From Podarcis filfolensis (lineage: Eukaryota), in NCBI GenBank assembly GCA_964270895.1, contig OZ185447.1: 64,000 nucleotides of DNA. One strand, 5' to 3'. Positions within the stretch are counted from its first letter, which is position 1. Each line of letters begins with the position of its first letter. A model generated the notes under the pieces. That model did no database searches. It saw nothing but the letters and a program-made list of their open reading frames with translations, and was not told the origin of the DNA. This document shows, piece by piece, positions 34,096-48,113 of this stretch. The position numbers and the translations under genes are program-made.

Positions 34096-36639
34096 AATCA
34101 GAGGCCTGGCTGCGCTCTTTTGTTGTTACGTTGTGCCTGTGGTGTCTCTTGTTCTGTTTCTTGCCCTGCCCTGCTCCCTCTCTGCCAGCTTCTATAGCAG
34201 GGAAAGGTGGACATCTTTGCCTTGCCTTGAAAGAACCCAGAAGCCTTGGCTTCTTCCTTCCCCTTGATCCACCTCCCCACCGCCACCTCTGTATGCCTTG
34301 TGTGTGTGTGTGTGTGTGATGTCCCGCTTTTCCTTCTGGTGACCGACGACACTCCTGGTCCGTGGCCATAACACCGAAATGTCTCCGGAGCTGGGACGAC
34401 GCCTGACTCGCGGACTTCTAGAAATAAACGAGAATCTATTTAAACATTGCCAGGGTCTCTGTTGTTCTTTCTTTCCCACCGCAGAGTTCTAGATGGAAAG
34501 TTTCATACACACCGTACCAAAAGATGTACAAGGAGCTGCATTGGGCTTGTGTCCTATTTTGCCAATTGTTGTTGACTCCAGGGATAGCCAGTGAATGCAG
34601 TGCCTTCAATATGTTGTGGACTGCAGCTCCCATCATAAGGACATAAGAAGCCAGTGGCCCACCTGATCCAACATCCTGTTCTCAGTGGCCACCCAGATGC
34701 CTGTAGGAATCCAGCAAGCAGAACCCCAGAGCACAAGAGCACTCTTCCCTCCTGTCGTTTCCAGCAAGTGGTATTTAGAAGCATTTTCTGCCTCCAGCCA
34801 TTGAGGCAGATTATAGCAGTTAGTAGCCATTGATAGCCCTACCCTCCCTGACCATTGACCATGCTGGCCAGGGGTGATGGTGGTCTCCAGATGTTTTGGA
34901 CAAATACTCTCCATGTTGAGTGGCAGATTGTGTTCCCCCCACCTTGCCCTTCTTTTTGAGTTTTCGAAGCCAGGGGCTTGAATCTCTTCTATATAGGTGT
35001 TCAGCTATGCTTCTTAATGACCTAGCTATCAAAGTGTGTGTCTCCATTTCCCCCAGAAAAGTGTTGAGTGAAATAGTGGTGAAGACTAGATCATGGGAAG
35101 TAGCATCAAGGTCTTTGCTGGTTAGCTTTTCTTAGAAGAAGCCACATTAGTTTTTATTCACTACTGCACAGAAAATTGTTTCTGATCATGGATAGTTTGA
35201 GGAATTAATATGGGACGTAGAGCTGGAATCACCTGAATGCTATTTAGATTACTGCTAATAATTCCTGTAATATTTGGGAAGTGCGGATTACAGAAGATCT
35301 TCTGGTTTGAGAAACACCTAGCATATTAACCTGGTAATTCCATTGCAGATTGGCTAGAGGCCTATAGAATAGGAATATCACTTGCAAAAGGAACTTGAAA
35401 ATATGGGTATACAGTACTGCAATGCTTTTAGTTAACCATTGTACTACATAGAACACAGCCCAATTTGCAATCAAATGGAAGGGAAAATGGATAGGATAGT
35501 CTTTAAGTGAGACAGGATTGATAAGATGTCTATCTTTTTTAGTGGCTTGACCATAAACTCAATTGGGTGTGCTAACGACCCCCAACCCTGTATCTCTAGG
35601 TTTTGAAAAATGTTGGATATAGAACAAAGGGACAGTCATCAGCTTGGGCTATCCTCAGTAAATGCACAAATCAGGCTTTCGTGTGGTCTTGTAGTATTTC
35701 ACAGTTCAAACTTAGCATAATGAGGGAAGCCATCATTTCCCAAGTGTGGGCTATTTTGGAGTCATGGACTATGTACTTGGAAAGGGTGGTGGTTTCCTAT
35801 TTCCCATTCAGCTAGGAAAATGCACAATTGTTTCAAAGCACAAGTGCTAAGGGATGGAAGGTGCTGACAAATCTCTGGATTCAGCCAGAATAACAATTAA
35901 CTTCTGCACAAGTGGATTTGATTTTCTCCGAATATATATGCTGGTCCAGTGTTTGGCTGGATGAGGACAGTACACGAGGGACACAGAAAATATACAGCAG
36001 AAAAATAATTATGCACATTTATAAGGTTGTACATATATCTAAGCTCGATGACTAAGCAGCCCCCTTAAGGCCATAGTTCCGCCCCTTTGGCTGAAACCCT
36101 CTGGATCCACGGAACGCAGCGCTGCCTGCCCTGTCTAGACTCTGCTAACTGGCAGCCACTCACACCCCAGGGGCTTCAGACGGAGCTCTTTCCTACAACA
36201 TAACAGCGTTGATGGGCGGTAGGGTTGCAAATCATTCCGCTTTGGGAGTGGGGGCACTTTAAAATCCCTTTCCCACCCGCCCCCGCATGGCTCATCACGC
36301 CCCTCAACTGAGCCCTCAGAAAGTCAGGAGGCGCATCCTCGCCTCCATTTCAGGAGGCTCCCTCCCTCCAGCAGCTTCCGCCCGTGATACTAGGCCACTT
36401 CCAGACCGACATCCTTCTGCCTCCCAAGAGACAGACCTTTTGAACTCCAACTCCCATCAGCCCCAGCCGGCAAGGCCGACGGCGACGAATGACGGGGGCT
36501 GTAGTTCAGCAGAACCTGAAGTCCCATAAGGTGGCCTCCAGCCACGCTTTCGCTCTCGACCCCCTAGCTACGTGCAAACACCTTGTGAAGTGCTGTCTAA
36601 CTAATACCATGTTCATATTTAAAAGGGATGCGCGTCAGT

Positions 36640-36780
36640 TAAATAATAATTGGGGGTGTTATTGGGTTATTGTTCTTATTTTGATTTTATATATTGTGAT
36701 TTTTTATGTGAACGCCCTGAGACATTCGGGTATAGGACGGTATATATTCAATAAATAAAATAAAATAAAATAAAATAAGA
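36640..36780 (+). mobile_element. LINE (L2-like) 3' end with (AATAA)n tail
   Basis: GTGAACGCCCTGAG…GGACGGTATA followed by AATAA repeats. Confidence 0.55.
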
Positions 36781-37220
36781 AGGTTCCCCCCCCCCACGAT
36801 TTCCGTCACTTCCGCCGGAGTGTCAGCGGCGCCTTTTAAACCCCAGCATGGCCGGCATACTTTTTCCGCCCCGCCCCGCCCTTTTCCGTCACATCCGATG
36901 AGTCAAGGTCCCGCCCCTTCAAAGGGATAGCGGAGAGAAGCCCCGCCTCACCAGCGCCCGTTCTTGGTCCTAGAAGGAAGCGGAAGTGACGTCCAGCGCC
37001 CAGTAGTTGGTGGGAGAGCCGGAAAGAGAGAGGGGGAGGGGCCGGGCCCGGGAGCCGGAGGGAGCCGCGGAGCAGCCGCCACCGTCGCCGCCGCCGCTAC
37101 CGGGACCCCAGGTAGGCGCCCGGGAGGTGGGGCGTCCGCGGAGGGAGGGGGAGACGTCCTTTCCTTTGGCTCCTGGCCGCGGGCGGGGGCGCCGGGGAAA
37201 GTTGGTTGCCATAGAGACAG
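36780..37220 (+). promoter_or_regulatory. PPP4C CpG-island promoter and non-coding exon 1
   Basis: GC boxes, ETS CACTTCCG near 36808, tandem ETS GGAAGCGGAAGTGACG near 36976-36990, donor at 37111/37112, X-box GTTGCCATAGAGAC at 37205-37218. Confidence 0.75.
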
Positions 37221-38683
37221 CAGCCTGTGGGGTCGGGAGGGGGAAGAGGGGAGAGTTGTCACCTGGAGGGAGGCTCTGGGCGCTTTTCACAAGCGAGACG
37301 GCCAGAGCTTCCTGGGGGAGCGGGGCAGGTGGGGCCCATGAGGAGGAGGCGGGAGAAAGAGGGGCTTCTCTCCCCTCAAGCTCATGGAGCGGGCAGGCGT
37401 CGCTCTGTCTTGGGGGTGTCCAACCTCGTGGAGTGAAGTGTTTTATGTTTTTTCCCGAAAGGAAGGCTTTTTGGAAAGGGATGGGCGTGTGGCCCTTCTG
37501 AGGGTGCGAGGGAATACAGCAAGTAGCACCTGGCTGAGTAGGTTTTATTAACTTGCTCGATTTCTTTATATGCAAATATCCCTTTGCCCGTTTAATGGCT
37601 AGTTCAGGGGATATGGGCTCATTTAGAAGCGTGAGGGGGGCAGAGAAGCAAAGATGGGTGCCATGATGGGAAGATCTTAGGGACCTATAGGGTGGCATTG
37701 TCATAGTAACAGGAGGTAGTTGGTCATGCTCTGCTCTCTCCTTTGATGTGACTCATCACTCCTTATCTTAAAAAGTTCTGGGTATCATTGGGCAAAGAGA
37801 TCAGATAGCGAGGTGGAGACCTGGCCTTTTGAATGAGATGGTTGGCTGGAGGCACCTTCTCATTACTGTTGGATAAGAAAGATGGAGAAGGTGGGAACTT
37901 TTTCCTAGGAGATAGGAAACACTCACTCTGTTGGTGTTGAAAAGAAGTCCTGGGACACAACATAAAGATTTCACCACCCTCTCCCCTCAGATAACTGAAG
38001 TGTGTAGAACAATGATCATTGTTTTTATAACAATGCATTTGATTTTACTGCCTTCCAAATCTATGTATTGCCTTTTCAGTGTATGAGACAGTTTGCATAA
38101 ATCTTTGGAGAAGCTTGAAAGAGAGTGCCTCTGATACCAACAACCTCATATTATCAGAGGGTCTGAAAGTATAGTCTTTTCCAGCACTTTTTAGTAATAC
38201 ACATATATAAATATAATCCAGCTTGGGTTTAATTCACTTTCTTATTTGTCTTTGTTTTGTTACAATTTGTGAAGTTCCTTTACAGGTGCTTCAGGGTAGT
38301 ATAAGGGGTTTACTATATAGATCAGCTTTCCCTAACCTGGTGTCCTCCAGATGTTTTGGTCACTTATCAGCCCCAGCCTGCTTGACCAATAGAAATTAAT
38401 AGTCCAGCAAAATTTAGAGAGCACCAGCTTGGGAAAAGCTGATATAGATTATAAGTCTCTCCCTTACTGATATTCCTTGTGATTCTTCCTACAATAGCAG
38501 AAAACAACATAGAGCTGAGGGCCTATTATTTGACTTTTACTCTCATCCTTTTTGATGGAAATATTTTCTGGGTGTATGTGCTCGATTCCTTTTCCCCATT
38601 GTCATCAAAGCTGTATGCCTTGATGTTAAATGTTATTTTTTTAAAATAAGTTGACTGCAATTTTATTCCTACAAGGGGGCAAG

Positions 38684-41600
38684 ATGGCCGAAATCAGTGA
38701 TCTTGACCGTCAGATTGAGCAGTTGCGGCGCTGTGAGCTCATCAAGGAGAGCGAGGTCAAAGCCCTCTGTGCCAAGGCCAGGTGAGTGTTGCCTGACATC
38801 TATAAGAATACCTGTTCTAAGACTGTAAAATGCAGCCAATTACAGTGTAGAGTGTCTGTGTGAGACACATTTCCTTTTCTTTCTCTGCAGAGAGATCTTG
38901 GTGGAAGAAAGCAACGTCCAGAGAGTAGATTCCCCAGTAACAGTGAGTCTTGTTTTTAAGCGAATGTTCATCTGTGTTTGGGGACTCAAATGCTGGCAGC
39001 AATAACACCTGAACTTTTTATTTTATCCTTTAAAAAAAAATTGCTGTCACAAGGCATTTTACAAATAAGAAACTGAAGCATGCTGCTGATTTAAAAAAAA
39101 ACATCCTTTAAAGCAGGTTGAGGGAGGCCAAAGGTGACTTTCTAGGACACTATCTGGCCTTCAGAACTATTCCACATGCCATGTTACTGTATAATATCCT
39201 CATGTGTTTTTGCCTCAATTGGAACATGTGCTTGAAATGTAATCATGTCTCTTTCCTGGATGGAAATTTGGTGTGTGTCTGCGTAGGTGTACAAACCTCT
39301 TGAGTTTTGCCTGACTGGAATGTAGTCTTGTATAAGAGGTACAAGTCACAGCTGTTTCTCCATCCATTTCTGCCTTTGGCCTCATTCCCTACTAGCAGGC
39401 AGAAACTGGACACAGGCCAACAGTGGAATGTGAACAAGGTTCTCCTCTCTTGCCTTAATGAATGAACAGTAACAGAAGAAAAAGAATATCAAAACACAGC
39501 ACCTGCATTCTTCTGAAAGTTCCAAAGTTCTTTTGAATAAGAGGAATGACAGAGGGAACACATATTTCCCTGGGGGTGTAGTTTCAAGAATGTTGTGCTA
39601 TCACCAAAAATGCCATGCCCGTGCCAATCTAGTGCTTACTGGTGGGCAGAGAGAAAGGCCTTGGTCTTTCAGATATACTGGACTAGGTATGATAGTAGTA
39701 ATAGCCACCTTGAGAACATTAAAGAGTTCAATATTCTTTCCAGGTTTGTGGGGATATCCATGGCCAGTTCTATGACCTTAAAGAGCTCTTCAGGGTGAGT
39801 ACTGCTCAGGCATCCAATTCCAGTGCCCAACTTCAGCTTTCAAGCTCTCCTGGGACAATATATTTACCTGCCCTTTGTTTCTCTCCTGCAGGTGGGTGGT
39901 GATGTGCCTGAGACCAACTATCTCTTCATGGGTGACTTTGTCGACCGTGGCTTCTACAGTGTTGAAACATTCTTGCTACTGCTGGCGCTCAAGGTTAGGA
40001 ACGACCTTTGCCCTTAATGAATCCAAGGATGCTTTCCTTGTTCTACCTGAATAGAGATGTTTGGAATTTTGGTTTACATAACATTTCCATGTCTGTGGTC
40101 TATGCCGGTTTGGTTGTTTTCCCTTACAGGTCCGGTACCCTGACAGGATCACCCTGATCCGTGGCAACCATGAGAGCAGACAGATCACCCAAGTATATGG
40201 CTTTTACGATGAGTGCCTGAGGAAATATGGCTCTGTCACCGTTTGGCGCTACTGCACTGAGATCTTTGACTACCTCAGCCTCTCTGCTATCATTGATGGC
40301 AAGGTAAGCATGCTGTGTGTGTTTATGATGGTAGGAGTATTTGAGAAAGAGTGTGTGCACACCATCACTGTGTGCAGGGCTTTCCAGAGTACTAGAGGCC
40401 CTGTCCCTGCGGCAAAGGCCTTACAACCTAAAAAACACTTAGGTTTTCTGGTGTGAGAATAGAGTGCAACAGTTAGACTAAAGTGGGAAGGCAACAGCAT
40501 GAGTTTCAATGTGGTGGGTGGGGAGGTGCTGTTTGGCCCTAGAGCTTCTATTTGCAGCTTTCCAAATGCACACATTCCTTTTCTGTTGCAGATTTTCTGT
40601 GTCCATGGTGGTCTGTCCCCATCCATCCAGACACTGGACCAGATTCGAACGATAGATCGCAAACAGGAGGTTCCTCATGATGGTCCCATGTGTGATCTTC
40701 TTTGGTCTGACCCTGAAGGTATATTTATGTGTGGAGTGGTGTGGTTTTGTGTGTGTGTGCCATGCATGAAGGAGAAAGGAATCTTTGCGCGTTGGATATG
40801 GTTAAGATGGTAATAGTATTTGTTCCAGGAAAAGTTTAATAGGTTAAACAGTATTAGGAGTAGAGCATACCAGGAAGAGCCGTGTAGCCTAAGCAGAAGG
40901 GCGTTGAGCCTTTAATTCTGGCTTAAAATTGCATTGGAACCCAAAGAGGCGGAGTCTGTTACCAAGAGGACCCCAGCAACTTTGATCTGACCTTGTACTT
41001 CTGTACAAGCTGCTAAAGAGAGATCACAATTGATACGATGGAGTTCTGAGCACTCCATGGAACTTATTTAATGAATCTGCCCTGTGATTTTAGTTCTTTG
41101 TGTTGTAAGGGAATGAATAGGGTCTCACTTATTGGAAGGCAGAGGACCCTATAGTCTCTGTGGGTTTAATGCCCGATAAACTGCACAGTGAGCTAAAGGA
41201 ATATTTGTTTGTTTGTTTACTTATTTGTTTTAAAGCTTCTATTTCCTGCTTAGTGCAGTATTCCAAAAAGCTCTAAAACAAGAACCTTTGAGTCTTTGAT
41301 CTAAAGAAGATCAGGTATTTTCTGCCCCCATCGTTTCATCTCACTCTGGTTCTTTTTAAAAGGGGTTGACTGGTAAAAATGGATGTGGAGCAGCCCAAGC
41401 GGGGTGGGGTGAGGGCTTTATACGAAATCCTACCTCTTGGCCAATTGCTGATCAGCTTTGTTCAATAAGTTCATCAAGAGCAGCTGCCCTTTCCCCTAGT
41501 CGATCATGCCTGGTTCTTAGTTTCCTTTGTGTCGTAAGCCCAGCTTTTCTGTCCTTTGCAGATACCACAGGCTGGGGGGTGAGCCCACGAGGTGCTGGTT

Positions 41601-42059
41601 ACTTATTCGGCAGTGATGTGGTGGCGCAATTCAACGCGGCGAACGACATCGACATGATCTGTCGAGCGCATCAGCTGGTCATGGAGGGGTACAAGTGGCA
41701 CTTCAACGAAACAGTTCTTACTGTGTGGTCAGCTCCCAACTACTGCTACCGGTGAGGAGACAAAAGGGATGGGTGTGGAATAGGGGGCAGATATGGCAAG
41801 CCTAGCACTGTGTACCATTTGAGCTGTGTGGCATATAGGGGGGATTGCAGGGTCAGTCTGGGTGGAAGGGTGGCATTGATGAAACTGGAGGCATCCCATT
41901 GTGACCCTTCTCCTCTGCTCTGCACACAGCTGTGGGAATGTGGCAGCCATCCTGGAACTGGATGAACACCTTCAGAAGGAATTTATTATCTTTGAAGCTG
42001 CCCCCCAAGAAACTCGAGGCATCCCGTCTAAGAAGCCTGTTGCGGACTACTTCCTGTGA
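38684..42059 (+). CDS. PPP4C: Serine/threonine-protein phosphatase 4 catalytic subunit, 307 aa
   Basis: Coding exons 38684-38781, 38891-38942, 39744-39794, 39892-39993, 40130-40303, 40592-40718, 41562-41751, 41930-42059 (924 nt). PPP motifs GDIHG, GDFVDRG and GNHE; N-terminus [14 protein letters not shown]; C-terminus KPVADYFL. Non-coding exon 1 ends at 37111 (ccag|gtaggc). AATAAA at 42203 and 43475. Confidence 0.98.
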
Positions 42060-44260
42060 ATGCTTCTTCCATCTCCCCCCACCCTCCCCTCGTGCGGCTT
42101 CTGTTTTTCTTGTCCTGGCTGGGGTGGGCAGCCTCTTTGAAGTTTGGCAGGGTTCAGGTCTCTTCTCCCCCCCCCCCCCGCCCCGCTCCATTCCCCTTGC
42201 CCAATAAACCCTCAGTTCTGGACCCCTTAGACGGAATTGGCCATCTTTTTCCACACTACTGAATTCCAGCCAGTCGCTTTATAGTCTCTTCAGGGCTGCC
42301 CTAGTTTTTATTCTCCGCCCGAAACACATTTTTGGGACCTCTGGTCATTGAAAAACCTAGAACTCTGTCGATCTCAGATCACTGCAGGCGAAACGGGGCG
42401 GGGGGGGGGGGAGGTCAACCCAGAAATCGAGAGAAGCTGTAGATCTTCAGAGTTCTATGGTTTCCTTGGGGCGCAGATGACAGCCTCCCAGCCTAGTTCT
42501 CTAGCTCATCTGCAGTGCGACTGGAAATTATTTATAGAGGATGTATCAGATGGAGAGAACTGGACTTGGAAATAAAGAGGAAACCAGTGACCAAAGAATA
42601 TCTGCAACTGTTAGGAGGATGAGGTCTCTGGACTAGTTCTCTGCTTCTACGTCACTTAGGTGCTTCCTGGTTTAACTCTTTTTTAAAACAAAAATATTTT
42701 TACTTTTTGGTCGGCTGATCTTTGAACTCCGGTTTTGGTGCCATTCCATAGCATTTAAGCAGAGAATAGGAAGTGCTTCAAACCTTGCTGTGTCTGGTTG
42801 CTGGAAGACCTAGAACGCTGGTTTCTTCGCACTTCGGTGTATAGTCTGCTTGAGCTACATGGAGTAGATGAACATAGACTGGGAAGTGGTTCCTCTGTGT
42901 GCCGCCATATCTCATTCCCACTTTCCTCAAACATTTATTGGCCACTGGAAGGTTAAACTGTCCCCACCTTTTTGCCAGAATTTGCAAAATAAAATTAAAA
43001 TAAAGTAGACTTTCTGGTCACTGGAGGATGCAAATGCTTTATGAAATCCATTTAAACTTTTTTGTGGTGGATTTATTAAATGTATTATTGGCAAATCTAT
43101 ATCCTGTTTACCCTGCCGCTCCTTCTCCTTGAGTGGGGAGACTGGGACCATATCACGCTAGTTAATTTGACCAATGGGGCGTGTTCTCTGTCTCTCTCCA
43201 TCCCTCCATATCCTACCCCCTGTGGGGTTGGTGTATCCAAATCCCACCCACCACAGGGTCAAAATCTCCCACCCCCTCCCCTTTATTCCTGTGAAGGGAT
43301 ACTCACATTCAATCCAGATATCTACTTAGAGTTAGAAGGGGAAGGTGGAACTTCCTGCCACTTTTCTTACGTCTAGGAGTGTTTTCCCCTCCGATGATCT
43401 GTCTCTTGCTCTAATTTTATTTTGTTTTCATTTTGGGTTTTTTCCTATTTACAACTTTTAGATAAAAAAATTCTAATAAAACTAAAAAAAAAATTGACAT
43501 TTTGTACATTGCGTATTTCTGTGGCCACATGATTTGTGAGCAGGGTGCATGTTGAATGCTGCCAGATCCTGGGCAGAAATATCTGTGTAGGTGTCCTCCT
43601 TGTCATTCATTACCTCCCAAACCTGCTTGGCTCCTGCAAAGAGTGGAGGATGAGATGAGCTCCATACGATCACTGTTGGGGAGTGTTTCCACTTCCTTTA
43701 TTGAGTTGAAGCTGACAGAATATAGGGTCAAGCAATCTTCACGGCCTTCAATCATGCCACAGGGAGAATCTACCGCGGAGCTTATTATCTAATATATGAT
43801 ACTACTACTTCCTACATTTTTTACAAACGAGTTTCTCACTTGATGGTGCTGCTTCTCGAGGCAGGTTGATGCTACACACACCCATCAATACTTCCTGCCC
43901 CAAAACTGCGCTCTGCAACTGAGAACTGCCCCGATTTATTTAACCTGTTTTGGTGAAATGTCTTAAAAGGATCTGCTGAAGCCTTCCGACGTATAACTTA
44001 AAACCAGTCAAGCTGTCTGGCAGAGCAGAAATCTAGGCTGGAATTTCAGAATTCTAGCTTGCTTAAATATGTCATGGAAGAAAACAGACGTACACTATGT
44101 TATGACCTTAACATTGTTTAATTATAAGACAGGCAGGATACAGACAAGTTGACCCTTCCCAACATGGACAGTAATAAAGAAACAGGGAAAGCCATGAGAT
44201 CTAGCAGGGGAAACAATACCTAGAAGACAGGAATTCCAGGGTTTGTGGGAGGAGCAAGAG

Positions 44261-47200
44261 TTAGAGCATAGGTGGCTGAGAGCCAGGATAGCTAGAGGGG
44301 GGTCCATAGACGCGAGGTGGAGGTGGGTAGGGTGTGAAGCTGAATTTGAAAGGGGGAAAGGAGGAGGTATCCGGGGGTTCTGTTCCCCCAAGGAAAGGAA
44401 TAATATCCAGCCCATTCCAACTCGCCGGGAGCATAGGTCTGAAATCAGATTGCTCGGGAGGTGACTTGGTAGTTGGGGATGATGGAGGAGCTGCCATTTC
44501 TTGACTTGGGCTGTGGAGGAAAGATGAGGGGTAAGTGAAACAGTGCAGGTGGCCCCCATTTGAGTGGCTCGGCCTGTATCTGCCCAACTACGCCTCCCCA
44601 CAGACAGCTATAGTTTTTCTGTATGCTACTTGTTCTAGCTTCCCCATACATAATGCTACAGCCCTGAATATCTTTTCTGCATTCTCGCCTTGCATCTTCT
44701 TCCTGTTAAATGTCATACTGTGTGGGACGTTGACCACAGTAATCAGTACATGGTTAATTCTGGTTCTACCACAGAATGGCCTTGGTAAGGGCCAAACACC
44801 TTTATCAGTTAGAGATTTCTGCACTGGGTTGGGTTCAAGAGTAAGACGGAGTGATGAAGGATGCTTAGGATTCAAATCTTGTGAATAATCAGAGACTCCG
44901 CCATTGCATGCAGCTGGTGACAATTTGTGGCTGCTCTCTTACGAATCAAGCACTAACATAAGTAAAGTGGTGTTTACTCACTAAAGGCTGCAGGTTATCT
45001 ATTTGTGTAGGTTTTTAAGAGACTGCTCTAGTGGCTTTTTTCATCATGGGCATGACCCTTGCTTTGTAACTTGCTTTACAACTGTATCTTCCAGTAAGTT
45101 AAATGTTGGTTAGCAGCTACTCTGGTATGTCAGGCAGACTTCTACTTACTTTTAAAAATAGTTTTCAACTGGCACAAGTACATTTATTTGTTCAACACAC
45201 CAAAAAATAGGGGTGGGGGGTGGGGAACATCACAGCTGGTAGCCAACTGCTAACAAGAGAGGGCAATACCTATTTTCAGACTAAAAAGCAAAGTGAACTT
45301 ACAAATATGCTAAAGACACTTGTAATGCCCTGGAGCCAGGGTGGCCATGGTAGTGCCCTGCAGATGTTGCTGAACTCCCATCTCCCATCAGCCCCAGTCA
45401 GCATGGCCAATGGTCAGTGAGGAGGGAAGTTGTAGACCATAGCATATAGAGGGCACGATGTTGGCTAATGTTTAGAGTACAGTGGTACCTCGGGTTACAG
45501 ACGCTTCAGGTTACAGACTCCACTAACCCAGAAATAGTACCTTGGGTTAAGAACTTTGCTTCAGAATGAGAAAATAAATCACACGGTGATGGCGCGGCGG
45601 CAGCGGGAGGCCCCATTAGCTAAAGTGGTACCTCAGGTTAAGAACAGTTTCAGGTTAAGAATGGACCTCCGGAATGAATTAAGTTCTTAACCTGAGGTAC
45701 CACTGGTCTTTGCCAGGTGCAGCTGCAGCAATTCTCAAAGTAAAATTTGGACAATGGGCACATAAAATCATAGAAGTGTTGAGTTGGAAGGGACCACAAG
45801 GGCCATTTGGTCCAACCCTCTGCAATTCAGGAATCTTTTGTCCAACATGGGGCTCAAACCCTCAACCCTGAGAATAAGAGTCTCGTGCTCTACTGACTTG
45901 TTTACAATGCCACGATGTAGCTGTAGAGAATTCCAGTTACAGTGGTACCTTGGTTCTCGAACTTAATCCATTCCAGAAGTCCATTGATGCCATCAAAAGG
46001 AAAAAGTGCCCATTGCCAAGTGTGTGTTTTTGTTCTTCAACGTATTAGGCGTGGCAAGAAATCAGAGCACTTCAAATAATTGCCTGGGTATCTTAAATGC
46101 TGTGAGGGTGCTTTCAAATCAGCCCTACCCCTCTAAAATCATTTATACCTGTTTATACCCTAAGACAGGGTTTATTCAGCCACCAAAGGAAACGTGAACA
46201 CCAGGGGTGATTCAGATCACCCAGGGATGCTCCACACTTATTTTACAAAGGCAGAAGTTTGGCAACACAGCTCTAGAACTCGGGGAATGTGACATGGCTG
46301 GCTCACCTGCCGTAGGGTGAGGGTGCCCCCCGCAAGCCATGGAAGGCGGCTGGGTGCTGCACATAAGCCTCTGCTCCGCTGGGATTGATCCCTGCAGGGG
46401 GGTAGAAGGAGCAAGAAGGGTGTGGAAGCGCAGGTGGTGGTTGCTGCTCCAGAGGTGTCTCCTCTGTCAAGGTGGAGTCGCAGGGGCCTTTCTTGCTCTC
46501 TAGGTGGAGGCGAAGTGCAGGTAGGGGAGGAAAAGCAGGCAGAAGGTTATATAATGGGGAAAGGGAATAATAAAACAGGACTCTTATGGATTTAGAAAGC
46601 ACATAAATGTGGCATAGGAGGGAGTGAACCTCTAGGGACATATACAAGTTTAAAAAATATATCCAAAATAACAGGTTCTCTGGAATGTTGTCTGAAATAA
46701 AGAGGGAATTCATTCTAGTACCTGGGGTTGTGACCTTTTCAGGTAAGGGTCCTCTAGCAAGTTTGTGCTATCAGGGCAGAGCAGGGTGTGATTGTAATTG
46801 TGGGGAAATTCAGAGGAGGCAAAAATATGAAACAGCAGGTATAATTTAATGAGCTATAGGACTTGGGGTGAGGGAAGTGATGGGATGTTGTGGCGGGGGT
46901 CGCAAAAGTCAAGCAGTGAAAGGAAGCAAAAGGTGGCCATTGTATGTGGCATTATAAGAAATGGATATACATAGGGCAGTGAGTAGCTACAGAGTTAAGG
47001 ATGGTGAGGAGGCCCACAGAGTATCCACTTAAATGAGCCTCACTTTGTTTAATGATGTCTGGAGAGAAATGTTGTGTTTTGCTTTTAAAGCGGTGGAAGG
47101 AGTCAGAGACCAGACAATGTCTTATGAAGCTAAGCGACAGAATAAGGTATGTTTGTTTCTCTTACCATTTCCCCCCATGTTGGCTTCACATTCATTTGCC

Positions 47201-48064
47201 TTCATTTTCCTCTTGATTCGGGCCTCGCGTTCCCTAAATTTTGTAAGGGGGGCCATAATAAGATGTGGAAAAGCAATGGTAGAAGCCAGGGGCAGACTAT
47301 AATAATATGGTGCCCTGAGCAAGGACAAAATCCCCCGCCCCCTTCTAATATTTCTTATTTTCTCAATAATTCATTTTGGTATGGTTGCTTTTTTAATGGA
47401 TGGTCTCAGCAGGTATAAATTTAGTAGTAGCAGTTGTTATGAGCCCATTCATCTTGGCGCCCTGTGATTCTCCAGCCCAGTGAACTACAGTATTTCTCCA
47501 GTGAGGACAAGCTCATCCCCCCCGTCAGTGGCAAATATTTTGGGAAGGGAATCACTGCTGCCAGCTAATATGAGGGCTGAAATAGCTCCTCTCTACGGCA
47601 TTGACATCTTTCCTGATCGGGTCAGTTCACCTTTTGCTGTTCATGCCATTCTCCCGGAAGCCCTTTGCGAAAGGGTTGCTCTCTATCTTCATCTGAGTGA
47701 TCTGGGAGGGGAGGAAACAGGAAAATGTTAGGTAGGCAATTGAAAGGGTATGATTAGATGTATACGCACATATATTTTTATGTTTTCTGAGATTTGTTTT
47801 AGCGTGCAAGCACAGATATATGATCAATCTTTCCACTTTTGTATTATGTTTTCAAAAATAATAGAATACTGGCATATGCTGACAGCATATTCAAGTTCCA
47901 GAACCTAGAGCAAAACTTTTGCTTTTGCGTGGGCTTCTGTAATAGAGAAGGAGACAGTCAACAAAGCCAGCTCTCCTAAACACCTCTCTTCCTACTCTTG
48001 GTGGTACTAGTTCTTACCTAGATGTGAGCTGATTGTCGTGTTACTGTTTTTTCCAGGTTTGGGG

Positions 48065-48113
<49 letters not shown>

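Noticed and set aside
36970-37704. 244-aa minus-strand ORF opposite the PPP4C promoter
   Set aside because: Low-complexity Pro/Ala/Ser shadow ORF over a GC-rich CpG island, with no recognisable domain.
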